Source: Selaginella moellendorffii
Taxonomy: Eukaryota > Plantae > Lycopodiophyta
Assembly (NCBI RefSeq): GCF_000143415.4
Contig: NW_003314306.1
Location: forward strand, 1,369,129 to 1,433,128
Reading direction: 5' to 3'
DNA: 64,000 bases
Shown: positions 13,450-25,439 of the stretch, one piece after another
How the letters are laid out: the number at the start of each line of letters is the position of its first letter
How positions within the stretch are numbered: the first letter of the stretch is position 1
Program-made: the position numbers and the translations under genes
The notes under the pieces: model-generated
What the model was told of the DNA's origin: nothing
Seen by the model: only the letters and a program-made list of their open reading frames with translations
Databases searched by the model: none

Positions 13450-15700
13450 TCTAGGACATAACCACCTGCCCCTACTTCAACACCCTCTATTACTACAATA
13501 ATAACTGTAAGAGTGGCTTCTAGAGGAACTTCGTGCTTTTAGGGTACAAGCCTTTTCTCATAGGCCACCTTATTACTACTCATATTGCAATTCCCAAACT
13601 CACAATAATGATCATTGCTAGAAGCTACACCAAAAGTAGCATCCCAGGAAGCAACAGCAAGCTATGACAAAGCCACTAGCGGACAACTCAAGCCTCTAGG
13701 CAGATGGTTACAAAACTGCATTGCAACAAAAAGCCATCGAAGCTCCACCACAACAAGATTGTGGCAAGGCTTTTGCATAAGTAGAAACTATAATGGAGGA
13801 GACCATTGTAGCTATGATTTATGGCAGGAAGAAGAAGATCCTAGCTGCTATTGAACTTGATCATGCACCAATATCACCATCTCCACTTACAGCGGTGCAC
13901 TTGGCCTTCCCATGGGCATCTACAGTAGCATCTTCAATTCCAACTATTGCTTCTCAACTAGGAGGAGTCTCACCTAGCAATTTACAATAAAGTGTTTCTC
14001 TTTCTCAAAACACTATAGCCACACTCCTAGCACACTTTTTGGAGCAGATTCATGCACTTCAACTCCAGATCTCTCTTGGCGACTTGCTTCAGTGCATTCA
14101 AGGCTTTGTTGACCAATGGACTAATTTTCTAGACTTTAACCCAACTCTAGTGCTTCTCCAGCACCAGGTGTAGCTTGTTGATTGTCCAGTTCAGCTGGAT
14201 CCAAGTCCTTTTCTCACACCAATTACAATTGCCAAGTCAATGATTGACAGAGTGCTCTTGAACTTTGGTTCTAGGAGCAACATCATTTCTTTACACCTTA
14301 TGCATCAACTGGATATAGAGATCTCATCCACTACAGCAATCACTCTCAAGACATTTGCTGACCACATGGTCATCCCAGCAGGTATTTGCAGAGGTGTACT
14401 CATTTTAGTCCAAGGTGTGGATCTTGTGCTTGATTGCTTGGTGGTTGATTATGGGGCTATTGGAGCTTCATATGGCAGTGACCATGTCATCCTTGGCTGG
14501 TCTTGGCATGAAGCAGTGGACTGTGACACATGTTGGCACTTGGGAACAATGACTATCTTAAATGGAAAACATTCTGCAACTCTTCTCAATGAGCGTGGGA
14601 GAAGACTTTAGGCTGAGCAAAAGGTGGTAAGTATGGTGGAGGCACAGAAATATGATGATCTACTTGTGGTTTTCCCGGAGCTTCTTTATGATAAGAGCTT
14701 GCCCGAGCTGAAAGTTTATGATTACCTAGGGCAAAAGCATTCTTGGAGAGATGGGGAGGACTCCATATTAGAGCCTCCAGGTCAATCACATATGCAATTG
14801 GATGCTCCTTTGTCACAGATTACTGCACAGTTGCTGAAGACCATGGTGATGCAACAGCATTGATTTCTTTCACACTGATTAGATGACATTAGCTCCCATA
14901 TATATTCATCTATTCAATAAGTTGGCAAAGATTCAAAAGATTCCCCAAATGCCCACTGTAAAGGATTTGGAGACAGCAACTGATTCGGGCATGCTTTTGC
15001 TTTCACAGCCAGTAGAGGAGCTTCAGAGTACTCATGTTGAGGTTATATCACCCCTGGAGCAGCCAAAGCACAGGGAAATTGTGGAGGAAAGCATAGTGGA
15101 GCTTCTTGTGGACACCTCTTCTTTGTGGGAGAGTTTGGAGAGTATAACCTCTTTATTTGAGGTTAAACTCATGTGGAGGAGGCTGTTGCAAGTCCCTAGG
15201 CTGAGTGCACAATGCTACTTTTGGGAGACAACAATCTTCTATTATTGCTAGCATTTGAAGCCACAGCAAAGTTTTCATTGGAGGCTTTCTTTGGCCAATT
15301 GTGAAGGTAATGTATCCACCCTATTGAGATCTCTTGTGCACTAATATGTGACTTTCAAGTACTTTTCTAAGCTCCATGTACTTTATCATGGATGCTTGAC
15401 ATGAGTTTTTTTCCATCCCAAATGGCAAATTCTCCTTCTATGCTTCTGTGCAAAACCCAGATTCTACAAGGTGGCATTTGCAAGATTCCAGCATGTTTTT
15501 CCTACTTGGACTTGGAGCAACGACTTTTTTTAGCCAAACTCAACTCTAGATCATGGCCATCCACAGTCAATCAAAGCACCTCATTTATTCGATGGCTTCA
15601 CAGTGACAAAGGTGCTAGACACAAACACTTTGCAGCTTTCTCACAACTTCAGTGCATTTTTAGTAGGACTCCTGGACATTAGAGATTCTCTTAACACTCT
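13450..15700 (+). mobile_element. Decayed Ty3/gypsy gag-protease region
   Basis: ORF 14240-14611 reads RVLLNFGSRSNII...VILGWSW, a retropepsin-like LLDxGSxxNI...ILGxxW motif with the catalytic D changed to N. Flanking frames are broken. Confidence 0.6.
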
Positions 15701-16062
15701 TTACATAGCATGAAAGGGAGAGCATTGATTCTTCAGCTTTGACCTTTCCACTTGGCTTCTAGCGCAGCTTTTGGTGGCATCACCACTTTGTATAACCCTC
15801 AGACTTCTATGGGCATCAATGGCTTTCTTTGCACCCACAGCCGTGAGCTTCTCCAGATGAACTGTCCGAAAGAGGTGTGCCTGGAAACCAGCCTCAATCC
15901 CAAACGAAGTTTTAGGGTAAGTTTGTGAGACCGTCACCCCGAGCGCGTTCCTGACCACAATCATCTGCTGCTCCTGTCATTCTGCCGCTGGAGCTCCGAC
16001 GCGGTCTAGAAGAGCTCCGAGAGCTTCATCGTCAGCCTGCTCTTGGAGAGGATCTCGCCATC

Positions 16063-16228
16063 GCCCTACCATCACGAACGCTCCAAGTTCCGTTGGCCAA
16101 GTTTCTTTCGTGCCCAAGAAAAGGCCTCAATTGCAACATACAGGAACGTCCCCAAGCCCGTGTAAATGCAATCGCTCACTCGTTTCCACGTCCTGGAGAA
16201 AGTGGAAGGGCCTGCTCAGTTAATAGTG
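16063..16228 (-). repeat. Inverted copy of 21472-21637
   Basis: About 165 bp of near-identical reverse complement of the sequence between the tRNA and the CA gene. Confidence 0.85.
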
Positions 16229-17329
16229 TGGAAAAATTTTCCATCATAGAGAAAGAATGACTCTCAATTCAGGAATGCAAACTTTCAAGACTCAACCAAC
16301 TTCCTCTTACCTACAACTTTACATAGGTTCACCTCAACACAAATTCTCAAGACCCATAGTATACTTAAGCTTTGAACATCATGCCCATATTTCTGATATC
16401 CAACATTGACATCCGCAAAAATGCAAAATGAACATCTAAGGCCCCTCTGAGAATGTCATTCTCACCATCCCGGCCCCTCAACACGCTCCACGAAAAAAAA
16501 CATCGATTACCTTAGCAGATCACTCGTAACCATGCGTCCTCCAGCAAATGCTGCGACCAGCATCAGCAAAAATTCCACCCCTTCAACAAAATTTCAAGCA
16601 GAAGATTTGGGCCGTTCAACCAATACATTAATTTCAGCGCCACATCTGGGCCGTTCATCCAGCATCAATCCGAAACGCTCAACTCCAACCACCTCAAAGA
16701 ATCTGGACGGACCATGCCACTTGCTTGAGGAGGCATGGTTGCGTGTTCTGTGAGTGATCGGCAAAGATAGTTGATGTTTTCCTTCGTGGAGCATGTCGAG
16801 GGGGTCGGGGCGGTGAGGTATAACGTTCTCAGCTGGTGGAGAAACCGAGTCCTGGGTGAGCAGCTACGTTTTCCTTTGGAGATGTTGAGTTGTTGGTGAG
16901 AAGTTGTCGGTTTTGGGGCTGATTCGAGTGGATCCAGGTGCTGGGGTGAGTGTGGAAGCTGGTGTGAGTTGTCTTCATTGTTGCTCATGATGAGATGCTC
17001 TCAGAGCAGCATCTTTCGAGCTGGATTCGCTGGTGTGTTGCATGTGAGGCGGCAGCGAAGTAGAGTTGAATCATTGGAGTGTTTGTTGCTGGAGCTGGTG
17101 TTGCTAGAGTGAGCTGAGCCTGATTGCTGAGATGCTGGCTTCGGTTTCTTGCTGGGAGTTTCTCCTTCTGATCCTGACTGATCCTTGGAGCTGTTGCTTT
17201 GTTCTTCAGAGTTTGTTTGGGTTGTCCCAAAGGGTTTGGGATTTGGATCAGAAATGTCTGTGGTGAGCTTGCTGATGGACATGTACTCCAGATGTAGTGG
17301 GCTCTCAAGTTGAGAACAATCGACACTGA

Positions 17330-19050
17330 GATATGATGCTATGAAACGCTGTGATATAGGGATATGTGGAGTCTGGGGATGATGAGTCGGCTCTAGAGCT
17401 GTTTAGCAGGATGGAGGCTAGCACAAAGGGACTTACATTGCCGTTTCAATGACATGCTTGAGCTTGGGAGCCGAAGAGGAAGCAACAGGTACGATGGAAA
17501 GCTTGTCTATATGGCTCGTCACCATCAGGCTTGCAAGTGTGGGTTTTAAGTCGGACAAATTTGGGAAGAAATGCACAATACAGCACCCCTCACTCTTACG
17601 TGGTTGCCCCTTTTCCTCCGTGGCGCGCTTAGTCACGCCCAGCTCTGCACCCTAAATGTTTAACGTTAAACTTTAATTAGTAGATACTGTTAACGGATAT
17701 GTTAAGGACTATAATTTTATAATTAGCCAGTGAATGAACGGCTATAATTTATAAGTATATAACCTACGATTGGTTTAGGTTTTTCCTCATTGTGTTTTAT
17801 GTTTGTGCTCCTTATATTTTCTTTCTTATTTTATTCATTCTCTTTAGTATTATGGTTAGACTAATTGCTTTGCTTATTTTATTCATTCTCTTTAGTATTG
17901 GAATATTCTTTTAGTTTTTGTATTACTGTTGGTCTTCTTCCACAAGAGAGAGAAAGGAAGCTACATTTAATATTCTATGTAGTCATATTAAGCTATACAA
18001 TCAAGATAATGCTGTTATAGTAGAATAAATAATATATTTGATTTTGTACTTTTAAATACTTAAAAATAGTTGAAAATAATATACAGTAATGAGGTGGCAT
18101 GTGCATGTAAGCAATGAGGTGGCATGCAAATCCAAATAAGCAAACGGGGCCCACCCTAAATAAAGGGGGGTGCTGTATTATGCATTCTACCCCAAATTTG
18201 TTGGTTGACATGTGCATGACATGTGGGAGCCTAAGCTAATTCTCGAGCAGTCTTTGAGAAGATCTTACATCCGGACATAGTGCTGTGGAACGCACTGATG
18301 CTGGATTACGTCCAAAACAGAGAGAGCGAGGAGGCTCTATGCCTGTGTTTTCACTTGCAAGGACCAGACCCAAGAAGCTTCGTCACTGCTTTCATGGTCT
18401 GCACAAGCTCACAAGCGACCAGTGCCGCAATGAAAGTCCAAGAGTTTGGCTGACATCCGCTGGACAGCATTATTTCAACGAGCTCTAGAGCGATCACTGC
18501 GTCACTGTTCTCTGCGTATCCCAGGATAAGTGCCGCCCAGAGTACACCTCATTCTATTGAAAACCAGCTCAGACTTGCACACTCGGCATACATCCCTACC
18601 AGATTGGGAGTGAACAGCCATCCCTTGCTCAAGCTGTCTTAGCTTCACAAACTCTTCTCTCACTTCCTGGCCTTCTTCCTTCTCTGCCAATGCTAGAAGC
18701 TGGCAAAGAGCTCCATGCAAAGATTTGCAGGCATGGACTGGAAGGCAGGACTTACATAGCGAGCTCTCTGTGGGTCTTTACAGCAAGTGCGCTTGCCTTG
18801 ACAATCCTGCGAGTCACTGGCAAGGAGGAAGCTCGTGGTGACTTGGAGCTCGCTCATGGCGAAAGACACGGGGAGTTGTTTGAAAGGATGCTCGACGAAG
18901 GCCTGCCAGGTGATCGTAGCGGAGCCTCATGCTAATCCAGCTCTTGATGTTTTTGTAGTGAGCCTTCACTTCCATACCGGGGTAACCCAAGACGTCTTTT
19001 CCCACGTTGAGTGTTCTCAAGGTTTAGGCCAGTGAGAGAGCAGAAACGAT
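17330..19050 (+). pseudogene. PLS-class PPR pseudogene with an inserted TIR element and an internally inverted segment
   Basis: Fragments GYVESGDDESALELFSRME, ARAVFEKILHPDIVLWNALM, LEAGKELHAKICRHGLE and VTWSSLM, with many frameshifts. Confidence 0.8.
17563..18192. mobile_element. 630-bp non-autonomous TIR element (Mutator-like MITE)
   Basis: Absent from copy 2, where the empty site reads ggaCAAATTTGttgg (~28719). TIRs are GGGAAGAAATGCACAATACAGCACCCC and GGGGTGCTGTATTATGCATTCTACCC. Target duplication is CAAATTT(G), 7-9 bp depending on the boundary chosen. Confidence 0.85.
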
Positions 19051-20989
19051 CTAGTGCATTCAGCAGGCGTTGTAGCTGTGCATTATCAGGACCAGGAATC
19101 CCGAGTTGGCTGCTTGTAAGAGGCACTGTGGCCGAGACATTATTCCCAGTTGAGCGTAGCCAATTGTGAAACTCACTCTCTTGGATTCAGTAGCGTGGCC
19201 GCTGTGCAGGTTGATCGTCTCCCTGTGGCTCCAACTGTGTAGCCAATGGGGTGGCAATTGGAGCTTCCAAGCTCTCTAAGAAAGGTCCAAGATGGACATT
19301 TGTGATCTACATTACATATTCTTGTTGCAGGTGGTTATGTAGTTTCTTCAAGAGCAAAACCTGGAGGAGAGAGTGAAAGTCAGTAGGATGAAGATCTTGA
19401 GAGGTCTGATTGACCGAGGACTCTCTCCTGGAAGACGATGCCGAGGTCCACATCGTGGCAAGAAAACCTGCCACAGTATGTAGTTGGCACGTGATTGGAT
19501 CTCTGGCTGGCAGCCCACCCCAGACTCGAATCTCGATCACAGCCCTCTTTGTACAATGGTAGTCATTAACGCTCTGTAGAGAGAGCTTGCTATGGATGAT
19601 GAACAAATAAAAAGAGAGCCCTCAGACTAAGGCCATGCTTTTTCCACATACAACCGAGCGCTCTCTTTCTCGACAAATCCATTCGCAGCAAAGAGACGAG
19701 ACCCACAAAGGAAACGACCCAACACTCGTTCTCGAGCTGGAAATCCTCAGGGAGATCAATGCCAAGCTGGATCAAGGATTCTCTCCCGGGACTGCATCAT
19801 GCTGGATCAATCGATTGCCGGGAACAATCCGAGAAACTGCCACTGTCCACAATATGGCGAAGGACTGAAGAGAGGGACCATTGCCGCTCTCAGAGAAGTG
19901 GCTGCTTACCTTTTGGATCACCCCGGAGCTCTGGCCGGGAAGAACGAACGGTAGACGAGGTCGTTATATCCGACTCGCCAACACTGACAAGAGTCGTCGC
20001 CGGACAGCGTGGGATTCACGTCTCTCTTCTTGCTGAGTACCTTTGGCTTTGTAGAAGTGAGACGTATTTAGATTTCCTTCAAAGATTGCAGCTTGGATCG
20101 ACTGGATCACGGCTGCTTCCAGTGGCTCGACTCCCGGCCAGAAGAATTGCAACAGCTCTTGCTCCGAGCTGGCTGTGTGAGGTATTTATGGGCTAAGGGA
20201 TCATAAGAGTCGCCAGGGTCAATGGCCGGTTGTTCCCAGAGCGTTTGTCCCTCGCGGTCAAAGCCCGGTAATCCATGTCAGTCGCCATCAGACATCTGAA
20301 CTGTTCCCGCTCCAAGGTCCTTGTTCTAATGCGGTTTCTTCAACGCCGAGAAGAAAGGCGCGTTCCAAATGCAACGTCTTCGGGGAAGACACCCGAAACC
20401 TCACAGTGCTTTGTTCTGCCATTTCGAAGAGAGATCTTGGCTCCCTTCGCTCACCGCCATCTCCAAACAATCAAGCTCAGATCGTCGAAGTCCTTGCCAT
20501 TTGCCATGCAACTCGCTGTTCTCGATAAGAGGAGAAACACTGGAAGAACCCCCAGATCTTCGCCCAAGAACGCCTGGCCTGCCTCGCCATGGCCAGGACG
20601 CCCAAATCGTCGCCATTCTGTGCCATCTCTCGCCAGATGCCGGGCCCAGGAGCCCGCGTCATAATGTCTTGCTTCGCCATGCTCTCCAGTCTCGCCGTCC
20701 TCGACATGCTGAGAAGGGGAGAAACACTGTGGAAGAACGCCCGCGTCATAAATCCTCGCCATGGAACACCCAAATCCTCCATGCATCTCGCCATTCTCGA
20801 CAGGCTAGAAGAGAAGCGAGGAGAAACACTGTGAAGAACACCCGCGCAGCTCGCATTTCATTTTAGAGCGCCTAAATCCTCGGGACAAAAACGTACCTGA
20901 GAGGCCAACGCCCCACAATATTCTGATGCTGATGCTTTTTTTTTTGTTCAATCATCCGTACGGAAAACATGGAAATTTCGCTGACTAAT

Positions 20990-21061
20990 GGGCATTTGGT
21001 CTAGTGGTATGATTCTCGCTTAGGGTGCGAGAGGTCCCGAGTTCAATTCTCGGAATGCCCC
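20990..21061 (+). tRNA. tRNA-Pro(AGG)
   Basis: GGGCATTTGGTCTAGTGGTATGATTCTCGCTT-AGG-GTGCGAGAGGTCCCGAGTTCAATTCTCGGAATGCCCC, a canonical 72-nt plant tRNA-Pro cloverleaf. Confidence 0.97.
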
Positions 21062-21859
21062 ATTCCTTACGAGAATTGGTAGATCGAGCAGCGCAGTTCT
21101 AGGAGGCTGCAAGCATATGTTCAAGGAAAATGCCAAACTGTTTATGTTTGTCACGTGACATCATCATCCAGAATAAAATTCCTCGTGACACATAAAGTTT
21201 TAGAATGGAACGTTCTCTCTATAGCCAGATGCCGCGTTTGATTTCTCCAAACCGGCACATCTTTTCTGAAGCAGAGAAGCTACTGCCTACACAAAAACAC
21301 TAATAGGCAGCGAATTTGCCTCTCTCAGGGATGTCATGTATTCCAACAAAATACGAAATTCCAAAGGAAGAATATGGTTTCTCCCTATTTGGCGGCACAG
21401 TCCAGAAGGCCGCAACAAGAGAAAAAATAAAGCACATTCATACGCTCTCGTGCACGACCAAAGTCAACAGTCACTGTTGACTGAGCAGGCCCTTCCACTT
21501 TCTCCAGGACGTGGAAACGAGTGAGCGATTGCATTTACACGGGCTTGGGGACGTTCCTGTATGTTGCAATCGAGGCCTTTTCTTGGGCACGAAAGAAACT
21601 TGGCCGACGGAACATGGAGCGTTCGTGATGGTAGGGCCAGATTCCTATTGGCATTTCCTAGATCTAGTCCAGAACAGCGGCACTTTATTCGAGACTTTGT
21701 ATCCATCTGCTGAGTAGCTTCCCACGTCGCCTTTATATTTTTAAGGACCGTTCTGGGGACCCAGGGAAGCAAATCACTCGAGGAGGAAGCAGCTACTCTA
21801 TATTTTTTTTCTTTCTTGCGTCTCAAACGAAACCGGGTGTAGATTTGAGACGAGGAGAG

Positions 21860-22944
21860 ATGGAGAGAACCAATCTCATACTATTGCTGTTCGTTTTTGC
21901 ACAAGCCATGATCATCGCACAAGCAGGTATAGCGAAATCAATCGATTGTTTTCAAGCAAAATCAATCGATCATATATTGTTTTCTTTTCTTCTAGCCGAG
22001 GAGTATGACTACTCGAATGGGACTCGAGGCCAGGCAAACTGGGGAAACTTGAGACAGGAATGGAGGGCTTGCAGCAGCGGCAGAATGCAATCTCCGGTGG
22101 ACATTCAATCCGAGGAGCTCCAACCAGTGTGCTCTTTGAAGCTGCTCCAGACGAGATACAAACCAACGAATGCCACTCTCACCAATCTCGACCACGACAT
22201 AGCAGTATGTTATCTCCTGAGTCCATCTCATCTCCGAAAGATCTCCATCTAATCATGGCTCGGGCCCCTCGTTTTTCTTTTCTCTGTTTGCGCAATAGCT
22301 CGAGTTTGGCGATTCTTCATCGGGATCGCTCATCATCGATGGCACCTTGTACAGGGTGAGCGAGTATCACATCCATGCTCCCAGCGAGCACACTGTGAAT
22401 GGGAAGCATCTCGCAGTCGAGGGGCATCTCGTCCACAGGAGTGAAGACAACAGGCTTGCAGTCGTCGCCGTCATGTACACGATTGGATCCGAGGACGACC
22501 CTTTTATCGATCAGGTAAACAGAGATCTGGGTTTTCTTTGTGATTTCTGAGAGTTTTTTTCAAGGTTGAGCATTTTCTACCTGAGCTGAGTGGCGAGCAA
22601 GATGTTCAAGTGGTGGATCCCTCGCTGCTCAATGTTGGAGGCAAGCGATTCTTCAGATATGTTGGATCACTGACATCACCGCCCTGCACCGAGCAAGTGA
22701 CATGGAGCGTGTTGAGAAGAGTAAACAAATTATTTCCTTAATCTTTTGTTTCTTTTCCGCTGACCATGGTTCTGATGTTGCAGCCACGAACGATCTCCAA
22801 AATCCAGTACCGGCTTTTGATGAATGCCCTCAATGTAAGAATTAATTCATGCGCTATAAACAGCTTCTAACATTCTGTGTACAGGGTGATAACAACAGAT
22901 CGATACAAGGCTTGTTTGGAAGAAGAATAAACTATTATAAATAG
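21860..22944 (+). CDS. Secreted alpha-carbonic anhydrase, apparently intact, 6 exons (21860-21926, 21996-22204, 22299-22514, 22565-22720, 22784-22834, 22885-22944)
   Basis: Signal peptide, WG..C..GRMQSPVDI, Zn ligands in YHIH and EGHLVH, GSLTSPPCTE and NNRSIQ. GT-AG introns keep the frame. Confidence 0.92.
22936..22942 (+). promoter_or_regulatory. Candidate TATA box (TATAAAT) overlapping the last CA codons; also at 33689-33695 and 39382-39388
   Basis: CA ends tat-tat-aaa-tag, and the next ATG is about 57-67 bp downstream in all three copies. Confidence 0.5.
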
Positions 22945-22999
22945 AAGATACGCTTTTGTCCTATTAAGGCACGCGGTTTTTTAATCTAGAAACAGCACA

Positions 23000-23103
23000 A
23001 TGTGGAAGTCTATATTTCTCTTGCTTCTGGCGCTTCTCCTAGTAGATGCAGACCAGCTCAAATTACATCCAGATTACCATCTCAAAGTGTTCCAGATTCC
23101 AGA
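23000..23103 (+). pseudogene. Truncated copy of the propeptide-like (I9) small gene
   Basis: MWKSIFLLLLALLLVDADQLKLHPDYHLKVFQIPE matches the 39455 copy, then runs into an antisense PPR fragment. Confidence 0.7.
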
Positions 23104-23104
23104 G

Positions 23105-23670
23105 GAGCTGGCCACGAATATGTCTGCTCCTCACAGCTCGGAGCTTGACAAGCTTTCCTCAAGCGCTTTGATCGCTGCCAGATAAGTCACTCAATTCAGA
23201 GCAAGGCCCTCGACGTCCGACCACTTCACAGTCTCCACTCTCCGCATAATGGTGGCGTTGCTATGCTTAAGTTGCACTTCAATGCAACAGGGTGTAGTGC
23301 ATTCCGTGGCATCATTTTGTTGTTGATCTCCGCCTAGATAGATAGTGCCCCGCGGCTTCAAATCTCCAGGTCAGAGAAACATTCGGGGAAATAGACAGGC
23401 TGTTTGCGATTGAGGACAAAAAAGAGTGATCTTGATTCACATATGAAAACATTACAACGAGTGGTGAGTTGACAGAGAAGAAAGTCTCTCGGCTCGATCG
23501 AATGGCATCGTCCATCAATCTGCGCCCTGGCCTCCGTCATCATCCCATCGATCAGGCAGTGGAAGTACAGCCTTGCCGCCAAATTCCATGATCTTGAAGA
23601 TCTCCGCAAACGTGAATGTGCACTGTCTCCAGGAGAGAGGAGATCCAGTGTTGGGTCTTGTGAAGGCAAG
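23105..23670 (-). pseudogene. PPR fragment plus an unassigned coding remnant
   Basis: The minus strand reads ...VTYLAAIKA..., homologous to 45380-45490. 23258-23490 matches 34260-34510. Confidence 0.5.
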
Positions 23671-23719
23671 TTAAAGAGTGATTGTTAGTTGCTTTGCGAC
23701 TGGTGATTACTTGTAGACT

Positions 23720-25430
23720 TTGTCAAGGACCGTTGACACTTGCTTTACTCGATGATGATTTAGCAATGATGGGCTTACTTTACCAGATGGTGTTGCGGAG
23801 GATCGTGTCGTTAGACTTCCATGAGTTTTTCATGTTGGCATGTCGACTTTACCTCTGTCGATATCATTTAGTTACATTTAGTCTATAATGTTGGATTTCA
23901 TGAAGTCGTGGATGTGGTGAATCATTCCTTGATAATGTGTTATCTAAAACTGAGTATTGCTGAAGGATTGGTCTTGGATACTAATTAAGTATCTTCGACT
24001 TTGGCTAGCTTGGTTGCTAGAGATGGTGATTCACTTTTGCTTTCTTTTAGCTTTGTTCTGGAGTTGATAGCATTCAAGTGATGCTTTATCATTGACATTA
24101 TTGATGTTAAGATTCAAGTGAGATGAGATGTTACTCCTTAGGATTGACATTAAGTTTCATTAGTTTTGATAAAGATAGTGTTGATGATTTGGTTATGGCT
24201 TTGTGTTATTGGCATTCATGCATTTGCTAGTTAGCAATTGCATTGACGTTCACATGAACTGAGTGGCAAGTTTGAGTTAGTTGTGTTCTAAACAAGATTG
24301 TTTAGTAAGGGTTAAGGTTTAAGCTTTTCCTTGAAAAGTGATTTAGTCGTGAACTATACTAACTTTATGAGAGGAAGAATTAGTGTTCCATATTAGACTA
24401 TTTGAATCCTTAGTGGATTTGAGTTCGGGATATATCGATCATTGATGATTCTTCTTGTGCTTGTTATGAAGTGAGTTACGTCTTGCTGTAGATGGATTCA
24501 TGGAGGATCGTTTCGTGATCATTTATTGGGCATAGCTCCATTGTGCTTAGCTTTTGGATTGATGCAGAAATGCTCTTCATTAACTTTGGCATTATGAAGT
24601 TTGGCTTATGGATGTGTTGAGGAAGATATTGTAGGTTGCACCATGATTTCTTCTTTAGCATTGAAGTTAACTTTTATGAGACTCGTGATCATTATTAGAC
24701 AAGACTTAGCTATAAGCTTCTTCGAGCTTTTGGTTTCTTAAGTTTTGTGCTCATTGTTCCATTTGTTAGAAGTTGTTGGGGAAGGCATTTTGGTTCCTAG
24801 CTTCGATGTTGAAGTTAGTATTTACATCTAACATTCATTGGTGATGATTGACTATCATCTAGGATAATTGATTATCCTTCTTAGAGGTTTTTCTTGATTA
24901 TCGTTGATCTAGATTGATTTGTTATTCTTCGAGATGGTGGATTCCTTCTTAAATGATGATTCTACATATCTTTTTTTTATGGGATGATTGATGATTTTTC
25001 ATGATAGTTAGTTGTTCTCTTTGATGGCTTTTGACTTTTGACAATACCACATGCTTTTTGTGGTTTGCTCTGGATTGGTCTTTTGGGTTTGAGACATCAG
25101 TAGGATGTTGCTGACACTTGCTTAGGCAACTTGAGTTCCTTAGTATTGTTGACAAGATCTATTCAGATTGGCTGGTGCGATGGTTGGCATAACTAAGTGT
25201 TTGTTGGTCTTACCACATTCATTATGTTCTATTGATTGTTGCTTGAGTTAGTTATGATAGATTTGGATGTTATTTCCTTTGGGTGATACATTCGCGAGTC
25301 TCTTGCTTGCTAGTCAATAATACTTTGTGTTCTTTGAGTTGTGTTTTGTGAGTTGTTTGGCAAGCTATCTGCCATTTTCGGTAGTTATATTTTATCATTG
25401 AGTGTCCTTGATGATACACTAGCTATTGAA
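23720..25430 (-). mobile_element. Decayed retroelement internal region, same family as 1052-4017
   Basis: The reverse complement aligns with 1052-2250. Confidence 0.6.
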
Positions 25431-25439
25431 TTTTATTAG

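Larger units (their letters stand above)
16446..23490 (+). repeat. Segmental duplication, copy 1
   Basis: Near-identical to 27647-34510, with the same ORF translations repeated at an offset of ~10.5-11.2 kb. Confidence 0.95.

Noticed and set aside
21062-21201. snoRNA downstream of tRNA-Pro
   Set aside because: No sense-strand C/D boxes, and the H/ACA spacing does not fit. Kept only as an unexplained trailer.
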